Source: Raillietiella orientalis
Taxonomy: Eukaryota
Length of the DNA: 64,000 nucleotides
Assembly: GCA_036172245.1 (NCBI GenBank)
Contig: JAYWIR010000008.1
Span: forward strand, 5,084,001 to 5,148,000
Reading direction: 5' to 3'
The notes under the pieces are model-generated. The model was not told the DNA's origin, ran no database searches, and worked only from the letters and a program-made list of their open reading frames with translations. A program made the position numbers and the translations under genes. Below, in pieces: positions 25,751 through 38,700 of this stretch (positions are counted from its first letter, which is position 1; the number at the start of each line of letters is the position of its first letter).

Positions 25751-27699
25751 CGGAACACTAAAGAGAAGACTGTTTAAGTCTCTGCTGGTCGTCTGAACAT
25801 CTGCAGTATACAGGGAGGCGGCGAGGTCTCTGCATCTCGTCCCCGTGGTGGTGTCATCCAACTTCCACTACGACGAGGCACCAACGGCTAGGACACCTCC
25901 CCGAACGACCTAACACAGACGTGCACGGTCGAGCCTCCAGGAAAAAAAACACCCACCTTTGCATCCCGTCAGTACCGAACATCCAGATAGCAGGTGAGGA
26001 GCGACGGCGAAAACCTCAGTTGCCGAGCGGAAGGACCGTGGTTCGAATCACGATGATGACTCCGCAGCAACTTGACGGGCACTCTCCGCTCGTGAGTCCC
26101 CGCTGCGGACATTTCCAATAACGACGGAGCTGTTCAGATCGAGAGGAAACAGCGGCAGCTGGAGCTGACCAAATCTCTTAGGTAAAAGAGGCTCCAAGAG
26201 TCTTCCTCTAGCTCAATGGACCTTTTCCTCGCAGCAACGCTTCGGGATGAGTAACTTCAGCTTTTAGAGGTGATCTGTGGGCTAACGTTTTCGTCATTCT
26301 CATCCCACGGAGATGCATCAGTTCGTTCGAGCGAAAGAAGCAGCAGCAGCAGTCGTCTCAAGAACTCATCCTTTAGGATCTTTTCTTCTCATTCCTCAGT
26401 GGGTTTCCTATTCTTCTGATAGTCCTCACAAAAATTGCGTGTCTGTCCTGAAGATCGAGACTCGAGAACCCGGAAGTTCATTGCGTAGTCATTCATTGGC
26501 GCACACGTCATGTGGTCTCGCCTTTCGCTTCATCGAAACGCCCTGCTGACGTTCCGCGCTCTTCCGGGACCTTGGAAGCTGGTGTGCATCCTCGAGTAGG
26601 TCCACCGGATACTCGCAATCCACTCAACTCTTATTGGTTTTCTCCCGAAGGAAATCTCCGGGCGAGCCGTTCTCCCGAACCCTTCGGTGAAGCGCAGAAT
26701 GAAGGATGAAAGTCATCCGGGAACGGTTTAAATGCCTGCCATCCCCTCCCCTCCTCCTCCCCCTTCCCAGGCACACAGCTTGCAAAGCATCTGCAGCATC
26801 ACGCGCGCGAGAGCTACCGCTTCCGCAAAAGCTCCACTGCCGCACCTCTTCCTAAATCCCGGTGATGATCTTTTATTGAAGCACTCCTGTCAGGATGCCA
26901 ATGCTTTCGAAAAACGTCAGTCAGCGTTCCCTGACACGGTCCATGCGCCCTTCAGTCGGATCAAAGAGGCAGACAGCTTCATTGTCATTCCGCTGTCTGG
27001 CAGGAAAAATACGGATGAAGGTGGAAGCGGATACTCGACTTGTTGCGGTGCTCGCATTGATTAGTAAGAGATCCTACAGCCTCCTTCGGCGAAGACTCTC
27101 TTCATTTTTTTCATTTCGTTTGGTTTGGTTTTTTTTTTCTTTTTTTTTTTTTTTCCGTTTCTTTTGCGCTTTTTTTGTGTGTCGATGTGATTCACCACGT
27201 CGGTGTATCAGTCGATAGAATGAAGCATGCGTCCCGTACCAATGCCACTAGCCTCCTGCAGATCAATTGCAGACTCCAAATCATGAAATGATTGGTTTCT
27301 CCTGGATATTTGGGGAGATCATGACGATCCCGCACTCTTAGGATCCGCTTTAAGATTGCGTTCGGATGTGTGTGCAAGCACTTTTCCACGAGCGTTCCCG
27401 GAGCCTGGAGTTTCGAAACAGCTTCCCAACTTCCTCGCATCTTTCCTTCTCGCTCTCCTTGAAGATGTGTTATCGTCTAAATGCCTTGCGGTTCGGACTA
27501 CTCGAAAACACCGACCTATTCCTGAGATTACATCCTTGGGTTTTTTGCTTGTTTGGTCTCCTGAGCGTCCCAGCATCTTGTTTTTTTTTTTTTTTTTTTT
27601 TGCCTACTATCGGATACTCGCGATAAAAAAGCAATGACAATGAAATTCCTTCTTTTTTTTTTTTCTTTTTCTTCCTTCCATTCTTCGCCACTTTCCAAA

Positions 27700-28660
27700 G
27701 TAGCCAAAGAACGCACCCACTGGCTAACGTCGACACATCGCCACGAAATGTGAGCGACACATCCGCAGGCTCTTCAGGTACCAGGGTGCTCGTTGGACGA
27801 AGCTGGAACGGGATTTCGTTCCCGGAAATCTGCTCTGGAACGAACTTGCAATCGTTCGCCTCGAAGGAGAGGTGGCGTCTTCCCTTTCCGTCCCCAGAAC
27901 AGGCCAACACAAAAGACAGATCAGCTGTGAGCAAACACGGGAGAACAACGCTGAAACATCACCGAGCTGTCGTACAGGACAGCCGAAGGATCAGCTTCCA
28001 TGCACGTCGGCTTGCCAAGCCGCCAGTCGAAACGCTGTGAAGATGCATCTGCAAAGAGTTCTTTGGCATACGAATGCTCGAGTGATGAAAAGAGGAGCAG
28101 CTCTGCAACGCGCGCTATAAGAGATGCAGCTCTGCAAATCGCCTCCGGGATAAAGTGCCGCTGTCTTCAGCCAGGGGCATTAGCACCCAATTACAGTAGA
28201 GAGCCGCACGTAGCAGTGGACCAGGAGAATTGCGGCCCCAGAGTGGGCAGGTACAGCGGAAGAGAAAGCTTGCAGCACCTGCTTTCAGAGTGCGCTGCCC
28301 TTCGGCGTGTGTGGGGACTCTTGACCGCGTCCGTGAGCTTCCCAGAAAACTAACCGAAGGCCCTATTCGGATGCCCCTTTGCGCATGGCGGGATGTCTCC
28401 TGCCGCGACGTCCACGTGAGCGTCACGGCGGGCGACATTCCGGCCATCCTGGAGGCTGCTGGAGTTTTTGTGCTGCGTCCGCCGGAACATGGCGGCTGGA
28501 GGTCCCGACGATAGAGGCGGCCGGAACAACAGAGAGGTCACCTCCTTCGTCTTCTCGTTCCCGAGGATCGCCGCGAGACAGCCGCGATTGGACCACAATC
28601 GGGAGGAACTTGCCGGCATCCTTGAGAGAAATGCAGAGGCCGCCAGGGAACGATCTGTGA
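27700..28660 (+). mobile_element. Degenerate L1 LINE ORF2 C-terminus (zf-RVT)
   Basis: RESLQHLLSECAALRRVWGLL at ~28260-28325 matches the ExxxHLxxxC...W zinc-finger end of L1 ORF2. Confidence 0.7.
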
Positions 28661-28919
28661 CCCTTTCCCTTCCCCTCCTCTTAAACATTTTAGCATTCTT
28701 TTCTTAAATGTTTATTTATTTTTTTCCTCCTTATTTCCCTGCACGACGTTTTCCCGTTCGCGACTGCTTCCGAGAAAAGCACTCCTCCGGAACATGAGGA
28801 AGTGGTGGCACTGTACTAGCAGTAGCTAGTACAGAAAGACTGGAAGATTTATTGATAAAAGATGTATTTCTTATAATAAACGCGCCGCAGTGACCGGTTG
28901 AAAATGCATGGCAATGGAA

Positions 28920-29335
28920 AGAAGGCTCTTGGATTCTTTCTTACGCGCTTCTCGCACTCTGGAGACGCAACCTCCGAGGAGGGTATCAACCATCTCCATG
29001 ATACGCGCTGGAGGGTTCCCCCCGAAAGGGGAGGTGGGAGGGACGGCTCCATTTTCACAACTGGAGGGGAACCTCGAAGGGAAGCGCCTTGATTCCTGGA
29101 AGGGATCTCGGGAGGTCGACTTGCAATCCCGGCCAGTCAACAAGTCAACAGGGCAGCCGGTTTCCACAGGTGCTGCACCCGAATGGGCCAAGTCAGCGTC
29201 ATCCTGCGGAGGGGGGGGGGGAGCTCCAAACCCACGACGCACCCATTTCTCTGGCGTAGATCGCTCTCTAGCTGGGATTCGAACCCGCAGTGCTCGGTAC
29301 CACGCGCCGTAGGTTGTGATCACACGGCTGACAAC
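28920..29335 (-). mobile_element. tRNA-derived SINE-like element, copy C (lacks the tail-proximal part)
   Basis: GGATTCGAACC at 29275-29285 and a body collinear with copies A, B, E and F down to ~28940. Confidence 0.8.
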
Positions 29336-31899
29336 GTGAGCAGATCTCTCTCTTTCATCCTTGCTGATAGTTACTGCAGGACTGCTGATGTTCTCTTATC
29401 GTCTGATCCAGGAAGAGGCATATCACAGATCCCTAGTTTCCTGGGGGATGTACTCGAAGAAATCTTTCCTGCCGGAGGAGCCTTTGAGAAAATTGAGAAA
29501 CCTTTGAGAAACCACCTAGGATTTCAGATGAGTTAATCACCGTTCTTTCATACTCTTGCTCACCTTGAGGGAAAAAGGAGATTCTTTCGAGCTAGGGTCC
29601 AAAGGATGGGTGGCGTCCTTCTTAGCAAGGATTCGAAGAGTTCGCGGAGAGCTGGACAATGGCACTGGCGGACGAGATGAAACGATTGGACCACCTCCTA
29701 GAGACGATCCCCGCGTTCGATGAGCCGAAAAACTCAAGGTCATGTGCCGATTACTAGGGAAACCCGACTGAACGAACTGGGATCACCGGGAAGATGTTCA
29801 TTCTGAGGAGGGGAAACTGTTCAATTACTATCGGGTTCCCTCACGCAATCGTGATATTCTTCCCGTCTCAGGGCAAAGTCGAATTTCCTTCTCTCGTCCC
29901 ATTCTTCTGGGACTGCGATCTTCCTACGGAAGCGCAAGGCCAGGAAATCATGAGATGAAGCTCCCAGACATGTATCAAGTGCCCTGTTCTAGAGGAGGAA
30001 GGATTCCGAGGAAATTCGGATTCTGCCTCTCTGCTCGATGGATCTTGAGGGGCGTCTGCGTTCCACAAAACAAACGCCGAAGAGAACGATTTCGCCTCCC
30101 CTTCCCTGATCTTCAAGTTTTAAATTTAATTTCCTTTTTTTATTCTTATAGATCCAGGTTTATTTGCATGACAAAGAAACTGGATTGAAAGGAACAATCA
30201 CTGGGAATCAAGAGTCTATTTTTCTGTGGAATTGCCACTCCTTTGAGCCGGGGAGGAAGAGTTCTTTGCGACGCGGAGTTCTTTCACGAAGTTGCCTGTT
30301 TGTAAAGTAAATAAGACGCAAAGTTTGTTAGGGAAGCATCGAACGAGCGCACAGGCGCGCGTCGACATGCCAACCGAAACCGGGAACGGTCAGTCGAACC
30401 GCAACTTCCGGATTGTTCGATTGTTTTTGCGCTTGTTCTCCGTTTTTTTCCTCTCTTCTTTCTTTCTTTCCTGCAGCAGCGCCCATTTTCTTGATTGCCC
30501 GAAGAGAGGACGAATTTCGTCAGCTCATCGGAGAGCGCAGGCAGTGCCACGGGGGTACCACAAGTTCCGCTAGCGGCTCCTCTCTCGGATGCGGTAGTGC
30601 GTGGCGGTGCGCAGGCAGAGCGCATCCACACAAAAGGACCGTGTGTGCCTAAGCATCATTCCGGCTCCTTTCCTTGCAGCTTCCTCGTGTCTTTTTTTTT
30701 TTTTTTGCTGTGTGTGTGTGTGTGCATTTCCGGGAAGTAAGGGGAAAGCGTCTGTTTTTTTTCCGATCCCTCATGTCATCTTCTCCTTGTCAACCCACTG
30801 AGCGAAGGCTTACGGCGCGAGATCCCATGCAATGCGTCTTGGAGACTTCGTCCGAAAGGGACGCTGCATTGGCTTCAGAGGGGTTTTGGGTAGAAATCGG
30901 GGAGAGGATCCTCGCCAATCACACGCAATGTGCCGCCGAAGGTCTGAAAATTCGAAAATTCCAGCCAATTTTTGGCTTCGGTTGTCTCGGAGATTGGGCT
31001 CTCTGAGCCACGAGGATGCCTGCAGCTGTGCTCTTGTGCCTTCCCCCTCACTTAATTGCATCTTTCCCGCGGTCCAGAAACACTTTGGAGCGAGCGTTTT
31101 TGAGGTGAGTTTTTCTCGGAGGACCCACCCCCTCCGCGAGAAACTCACCCGACTTGCCTGTCCTCTGCGAAGCAGCAGCGCCATTCCCCTGGGTTCATCC
31201 TTGTGCTCGAGGGACCCTCCTGCCTGCCTTTCGCTCTCGCTACCCCCTTTCGCAGCTTGGCGATGGCGCCCGTCTCGGTCCAGCCTTCGGAAGTGCGAGA
31301 ACGCCCTTCCGCGGCAAGCTCGTTCCCTCTTATCCCAATGATCCCTGGCAACTCCGTTTCTCCTATCGTTTGCAAGTCCCCTCCCATCATTCTCTCATCA
31401 GCAGTATATTTTCATCCTTCGCTGATCCCCACGTCGTTAAGGCATTGTTGACACCTGCTCTCCCAATCAATTCCTCCACGCTTCAGATGGACCGTTCCTT
31501 GGTCGGGCCGAAAAATTTCGGGGCACAGGAAAGAAGGGCTTTACTTTCACGGGCTGGGTGGCTCCCCCTGAACTCGTGTCCGCAATCCTGCGTGCCGTAA
31601 TCGACATTACCTACGTTTCCGGGAGTGAAAGAACAAGCCTCTCCTGAAAAATCAAAATCCCGTGAGAACCCGATTTCCCCTCCTTGCTCTCCCCACGATC
31701 GCGTTCCCTCCGCCTTGTCCTCGAAGGTTTGGAACGCATTTCGTGAGAGAACGGAAATCCCGAAGCAGCAGCACCACTCCTCGCTTCCTCCATCCTCATC
31801 CCGAAACTTCCAGCGATGTCTTCGACTTACCACTGTTGCTCATTGCTATTCAAACCATTTGCATTCAGCTCGTGTAGCGCAGGCATTAGTGAGGAGGTC

Positions 31900-32400
31900 A
31901 CGTTTTCCTCACTGTTAAGAGTTGCCTTCCTCACGTCCGCCTGCAACAACTCAGAAATTTCTCCAGAAAGCGTCCAGGGAGAAACTGAATTCATTAGCCG
32001 TTTCCGAAAGAATTTCCTGATGAACCAGGAATGGTTCGGGCCGATGCATCAACAAAAAACCAGAGGTCGCAGAGGGGCATATTGAGCCAGAGGTCCAGAT
32101 CAGGGGGAGACCACGTCCTGAGCTGGAGGCATCCCGTGTCAGCTCACCTTCCATTCGATGGTGGTGTCCACCATCGGATGGGCGGACCTGCACGCCGTGG
32201 ATCCATCCATGAGGCACGACTTCACCTGTGCGGAAGGGGGTGCAGTACATCCAGGATTGCTGAAAGACGAGATGAACTCCTTGGCCCTGGTAGCGCCGTT
32301 GCTGGGCGTCCATGGTGTCAGGCAACGTCCGACAGATCAAGGACTCCACCAGGTCCACCAGGAAGCTTTGGGAGCCGGTGGTCGCTCTGAGGATGGACGT
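31900..32400 (-). mobile_element. Possible L1 ORF1 relic
   Basis: LQLRTWSPP (~LxLxxWxP of DUF4283-type ORF1). Weak. Confidence 0.25.
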
Positions 32401-32984
32401 GGGGTGGCAACCCGGTCCAGGAGCACGGGAAGAGAGCGTGCCGAGGACTGGCCCTCAGCTCCGCCCGCAACGGAGTGTCGGCAACTGGAAGAGCGCGCTC
32501 GCCGTAGGATCTCAGGGGTCTTGGGCACCGGGGGGTGGAGGAACGCTGAAGGAGTCGCGGATTCTCAAGAAACCGGAGGGCCGACCGGAGAGAATGGGAT
32601 GCGACACTCACCGGAAGCATAGGGTAAGTTGCCGCAGGCACCCTCAAGAATCCAGCTACTTCGTGAGGAAGAGCTGAAGACACGTGCAGAGAAGATGCTG
32701 GCAAAATGCTCCTCCTTCGCATCTGTCTGTGCCTTCACTTTCTTCTCTCGTTTTGACGTGATGGTAAACGAGAAAATGAGGATGAAGATCGAACTGGTCG
32801 GAGATGAACATCCAAGCTATCTGGTCTTTGTGTGCTGATGCACCGAAATTCGACGCCCAAGAAACAGGCGGGTCGATCGGTGAGAATGGGTGTTCTCCAG
32901 CATTCAGTACACCCCGGGCACGTACTGAAAGCATAGGTTGGACCACCGTACTGAAAGAGCTTTCAAGAATCACAGCCTCGTTGT

Positions 32985-34300
32985 GAAGGATTGAAGAGAT
33001 GGCACAGAAAAGATGGTGGCCTTTACCTGGACAGGGCGAAGCCGGAGGAAGTTACGGAGGAGGTTCCCTCTGGCTATTCCAACGTGCAAAGGGGTCGTAG
33101 GGGCGAGAGAAGAATCGAACCATCTAGCAGCAGGTTCCCGCCCTAGTTTTCCTCAGGATAGCTGGTGCTCGTAGAAACGGAATGGGGAAGGTGAAGCGAA
33201 TGATTGCAGCCCCGGGACCGGAATGACCTCGAACTATCAATAAACACCAAGCGGGTCCAGCATCCTTGAACGCTGAAGCTTAGACTAGGTGAGCGTGTCC
33301 AGTGGGCCAATTTCGGTAAACAGAAGCGACACTGTGGGGTGAACCCAACGCAGGGTTGCAGCTCCCACTCATTAGATACCGTGGAAGGCGTTGGTTGCTA
33401 TGGACAGCAGGACGGTGGCCAAGGAAATGGGAATTCGCTCTACTCCTTGGAGAAAGCACCTGCAGAAACAGCCAGTCCTGGAGACGAATGGCGCACAAGC
33501 GTCGGGTCTCCGTCCAACCAACGAAACAGAGCCGTTCCTGCCTTCTGGCGCACTGACGCAGGAAAACGACAGGTTCATGAGGGTTTCGGAGATTAAAAGG
33601 GTCCACAGTGGGTGCAAAAACTTTGAGCTCCAGCTTGTCAAAAGCGGCCGCCGCTGCCGTCGGTGCGGAGCTTAATGGAAGCAGCAGACACTCCAGTGAG
33701 ATCGTGGATGTCTATTGTGGAGGAGAGCTCCACGCGGACAGCCTCTGAGCATAACTCAGCTTATCGCAAGTCCCTGGAGAAGATGGTGGAAATCGCTCCT
33801 TTTCCCTCGTTGGTTTTGTACCCCCTTCCTGTTTGCGGATGAAAGCAGCAAGAGGTGGGTGGATGCCGAACAAAGGGGAAAAAGAGGAAAAGCAGCAGCT
33901 GCAAATATCGGAGAAGATGAAAACGAATTCTAAAGCTGCAAAAGACGTGCATGCCTGGCGCGCGTGGCAACCTCGTAAATGTCATCGGAAATGGTGGTGC
34001 TCTTGCACGGAACGCCGTCCCGAGCGACACCGCTCTGAGCAGAAGGATTTGTGTGGAACAGGGTCCATCTATGTCTGACATGGGAACTGAGGGAATGCAC
34101 CAGGAGAACACCACGGTTTCTGCTCGCGGCCTAGCCGCCCGTGGAAGAAGAAAGCTGTGGGACAGCCTCTTTCGCGTCCGGGCTAATCATCCGAGCGAGT
34201 GCAGCCAGCACGTAACAACAGGCGATGCGCTAGGAGACTCCGCGATATCCGAAAATTTTAGAAGGCAGGGCCGATATCGTCTTGACGTGGTTCGCTGGCA
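32985..34300 (+). rRNA. Degenerate cytosolic large-subunit (28S-type) rDNA fragment; core 33005-33770
   Basis: Collinear universally conserved LSU blocks: AAAGATGGTG (~33010), AGGGCGAAGCC, ACGTGCAAA, TAGGGGCGA..AATCGAACCATCTAG (33098-33127), CCTCAGGATAGCTGG (33151-33165), AAGCGAATGATT, AGTGGGCCA (33301), GACAGCAGGACGGTGGCCA (33403-33421), CACCTGC, GGTGCGGAGCTT, ACAGCCTCT (34162-34170). Substitutions and deletions in invariant positions indicate a pseudogene. Confidence 0.9.
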
Positions 34301-34439
34301 CGCTTCCCCGAGAATGCAGAGACAAATCCCAATCTTTCCTTGGACGCGGACGGATGGATGTGGGTGCGGATTCAATCCAACCGCCGGCAACCTCTCCTTA
34401 TGGATTTAAGCGGTGCACATGCCTCACCTAGGCGCTTCT

Positions 34440-34760
34440 GCTTTTGCTTCTTGCCCTCCAGCTTTTTTTCCTTTTTGGTTCTCAAAGAGTGCTGAATAAC
34501 AGTTGGCCTCCTCAGGGGCTCACAAAGCTCTCTAGTACCGTATGCACCACCCGAGGGTGCATGCGACTATCCAAATTAGGGGAATTAACTCCGGAGGGAG
34601 GCTTCCAAATTCCCGGAGCCTATAGACCACCCAGCGTTATTCCGCTGGGGAGGAATCGACACCCGCGACGCATCCATTTCTCGGCGTCGATCCTTTCCCG
34701 GTAGGATTCGAACCCGCAGCTCTCGGTGCCGCGCACAGAGACCGCAGCCATGCGGCCATC
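34440..34760 (-). mobile_element. tRNA-derived SINE-like element, copy D (internally deleted)
   Basis: GGATTCGAACC at 34704-34714 with A-box-like TGGCCGCATGG upstream on the minus strand. Tail block TTTTTGGTTCTCAAAGAGTGCTGA matches copies A and F; the middle of the body is missing. Confidence 0.75.
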
Positions 34761-35149
34761 AACTTAGGTTTTTTGAATCTGCACTCGAGATGGCAACCTT
34801 CCCTCTCCCCATCCTTGTATGCGCCCATGAAAATAAAGCACTTGATGAACCTGCGAGATGAGCTCAGAGCGCGCGACAAGAGCATGTCGAGGAAGGTCTC
34901 AGACGGGTGTGTTCCTCGAGTAGGTGGCTGCGAATTCATTCACAGTGCCTTCAGAGATCGAAATTCACCTCTTTCAATTCTTTAGGTGAATTCCGAAGCC
35001 ACTGACCCCTTCTAAGAACGCTTAAGAAGAGCACAAGCGTCTCAGAGTCCCAACGAATCGAGAGGAAAGGGAAGGATATTCCTGTTGTTTCAGCGTCTAT
35101 CCTCACTGAATGCAAACGCAGATCTCTGGCGAGCTCTGGTGAGCTCCAG

Positions 35150-36050
35150 TGCTGAAGACTGATGATCTCGTTCTCTGGTGATCTCGCCCTTTCCTCTCTT
35201 TACATAAGTCATAGGCCAAGCCCTTATCTTGGCACGGCTTCCTGGAAGGTAGCAAGAGGTAGAGGAGAAGTAGGAACCCATGCAAGACGGCCAGCTGGGA
35301 ACGTTCTGGATCACTCCTCCAGTTGATGCCGAGGCCATCTTCCTGCAATTTCACGGGGCATTTTGCTTGCACTTTCTTGGATTTTTCCGTGCCTCTTCCT
35401 TTCCTCGAGACCCCTTACAGCAGATGAGCAGCGCTCTCAATTCAAAGACAGGACAGTACCTGTTGAACTCGTCCCTTAATCTGAATGAATATAGTTTTCT
35501 CCTTTCTGTTCCTCTAGTCCTCCAGCAGCAGGTGACCTCGTGCCGCAGGCAGCTCCGCAGCTGCACCTCAACTCAGAGTATGAGTACGGAGCAAATAAGA
35601 ACGAAAGGTAGGGGAAGACGAGAATTGCTGCGACTGCCCTGGGGCACAGCTTGTGACTCCGTAGACCAGACACTCGTGCGTTCGCACTCTCTCCGCCTCA
35701 CCTCGGTGTTTCCAGTAGAGTGGAACCACGAGGTGCTGCTGTTTCTGCGCTGGGGATTCCAGTGCAATCGGCGCCTGAACCTCGCCTCCGGGGGAGCTGC
35801 ATCCCTGGACTGTGCCAGGTGCGAGTCGGGGGAGTCGATCCTGCACCTGCTATTGGACTGTAGTGCCCTCCGCAAACTGTAACGAAGGCTGATTTCGGCG
35901 TTCCTGCACCCGGAGGACTCCCCGTCCGTGACCTGCTGCGGTAGTTCTTCGTGCGGCGGACTCTCTGCTGGTGCAGCGAAGGAGGACCACCTACATGAGC
36001 ACGGCTGCAAAGTGGCCCTACCTAGAAGAAGAAGGTATAGTGAAGATCCA
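35150..36050 (+). mobile_element. Degenerate L1 LINE ORF2 C-terminus (zf-RVT)
   Basis: FLRWGFQCNRRL...DCARCESGESILHLLLDCSALRKL (ORF 35280..35882) is a CxxC...ExxxHLLxxC finger. Confidence 0.75.
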
Positions 36051-36649
36051 TGATACCCAGTGCCGGTTCTAAAGAGAAGAAAAAGCCGAGACCGAGAACC
36101 CCTGTCCCCGCCCTCCCCTTATTTGTTTACTTTTTGCCCCTTTCCACACGTTCCGGGATTTTCCCGGTTTTTCCTTTCCTAGAAGGAACGGAACGAACCA
36201 AAGACACGTGTTCCCATCCCCTCCTCATTTTGTTATTCGTCTATTGTCCCCTCCCTTTCGTTCCCTACTTTCAGATGTCCCGACTCGCGTGCCGATGCGT
36301 CCTCCCCTTGAACTCGTTTTGCCTTCGGCATGTTCCCAACTGGTTTCTTTTTATTAAATACCCCCTGCCGCGACCGATCGACACATTCTTCCGCCTCGAT
36401 AGAATCCGGCACGCATCTTGCGGGTGCGATGGCGCATTCTGCGCTCACCGTTCAGCTGGAGTTCAAAGCGCGTTTCGAAAATCTCTTCCAGGGGAGACTC
36501 CTCATCCCACCCCACGGTAAGGGAGTGACTCCGAGGCATCTTTGGCTCAAGTGGATGTGGCGTCTGCCACTCTCGGAAGAATAGGGCTGAAGGGAAGAAC
36601 ATCTCACCTCCTCAGGACTGACCTAATAGGGAGGAAAGGACCTCCCTCG

Positions 36650-38700
36650 CGGCTGTGGTCGCGGAAACCGCTGCAACCTGTCGCAGTGGCTTGAGAGCAC
36701 TGCACACCTGCAGGCAGAGAACGAAAGCATGACCATGCTCCTTCGCTCTGAGACGGAGAGATCCCCTTGCGTCCAACCCCGCTGCTCGTGGATGCGGACA
36801 TCGCTTGCGAGCTCATCACCGGTAGGGCAGCCCGGAATTTCAACAGAGCCGCCGCTGACCATGGCGGATGTCAGGTCGAGGAAAACGAAAGTCCTTTTCA
36901 TGTTCCTGGGGTCCGTCCATGTCTCCACAGCCTCCTCTTTACCTTTCCGCGTGGGGCATCGGGTTTTCTGGAGAGCAGGCAAATGCTTGAGCTCTCATCA
37001 GCCGTCCCAGATTTCCCACGTGGGGGCATGGACATCCTGAGAACTTAGGTGTGGCTAGGATTCCTGGAATGATGTTGAGATTGGGATGATTTTTTGTTGA
37101 TGAGGACGGTGGCAGGATGCTGTGGGCCTCGCTTGCTCGAGGCTATGGTAGCATCTACGCCAGCTTCCATAAATCGGCAGTCCCTGAGGCTTTATCCGGT
37201 TTAATGAACTCGGCGTGTCGGTTGAAGTTACAGGTTGCATCGGTGTGCTAAGAGTGGTCATTTGCGACTGCTAAGGTGAAGTAAAGCTGGCGCGAAGAGG
37301 ATAATAGCGGATTCTGGTTGACAGAGTTGAGCAGCATGAAGCCTGTGGGATTGATTCCGAGTGGAAAATCGGGGTATTCCACGACGTTCTCGTGATCTTC
37401 AAAACATCAGGAAGAGGAGGCTATGAAGGATCCTGAATGTCATCGACATTCGGGACCTCGGAAGAGGTCTTTGGCAGGTCTCCGCGATTCGTCTTGGCCC
37501 TCAGCATGAATGGATACTACGCCCTTTTCCTTTGCCTTACTTGGCGTCTCGCTTGCTTGCTCCGCGGAAGGATAAGAAACTGGGACTCCTTATGCTGGAG
37601 CGGATGGAGCGTCAGCTCCAGATTCGAAAACTCGCCCTCGCGGCGAGGCTATGGACAATGCCTTGGTGCACACCAGCACGCCTCCTCGCCAAGAGAGCTA
37701 CGGGCTGAGAGGAACTGCCTTCGGTCCTCGTGGACAACCCTGCCAGTTTGAGGCATTGTGGACTTCAAATCGGACAAATGTTTGCCTTGGTGAAGGAAAA
37801 CACCTAGATTTCTTGCTTCCCAGCAAACTGCACTGCTTGGCTTCAGGGGTCAGTTACCTTATGGGGGAAGGATCCACGGCTCGAGCAAGGCGAAGTGCGC
37901 TTGCGTGCAGGGATGCAGATTCTCTCGAAAGCCGCTGCAGGAGATCGTGTGCAACCCACGATATCTGCTGTGGGTTGCTATCTTCATCCCCTTTGCCCCA
38001 GTACTGCTCCTCTTGAAGGACGCAGAGGACAACGACCTTCCGGCAAGGTAGGAGGAGGTGTCCTGCTGCATCGAAGGCCGGAAGAAACTTCTTTGCGCAT
38101 CGACAACTCGTCAGCTCACGGACGCTGAGGCCCCGAGTGTCCCTCTAAAAGGATTTTTACTCTGGAGTGAGCTGCTCGCAATGCCTCCAGAGGGGATGAC
38201 TTGTCCTCCAGGTTGCTGAAACAGTAGCACCCTTCCCCTCGAGTGACACGAGTCGGAGTTGCTGGTGTTGCATAGGGGAATCCCATGCAAAGCACGCCTC
38301 CATGATTGAACACGTAGGAGTGTGAATGCTGGATGTGATGAGTGCGGCGAGAAAGAAACCTTCCCACACCTTCTGCTGGACTGTGCCACCCTCCATCCAC
38401 TTTGAAATCGCTTCTCGGGGTCCCTAGGAATCCCGGTTGTCGGCCTTAGGGACATTTGCAGACGCCTCTTCGCGCGTGCCGCACTGCCGCCAGCCGCGTC
38501 CCTCGCAGTGCGCTGTCTTCGCGAGATCGTGGCGGCGTGGAAGGTTGGGAGAAGAGCCCGAAATGGAAAGGATGCCATCCACTGGGCGCGATCTTCTTGA
38601 AGATCTCGAGATGATCCCACCTGGGAGAGATCCGGACAGAACTTTTCAGCATCCTGGACAGGATGCTCAGGACGTCTCCCAGAGAAGTGTGATGCCATCT
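36650..38700 (+). mobile_element. Degenerate L1 LINE RT relic
   Basis: In order: LRPTPLL (~FRPISL), ENESPFHVPGVR (~NQSAFVPGR), VFHDVLVIF (~FADDxLIF, ~37375), FPLPYL (~LPFxYLG, ~37530), MLERMERQL (~LEKIxKRL). Confidence 0.6.

Noticed and set aside
33356..33556. ORF with LPLIRYRG resembling the L1 LPIRYLG motif
   Set aside because: The DNA is fully explained by collinear 28S rRNA blocks, so the peptide resemblance is chance.
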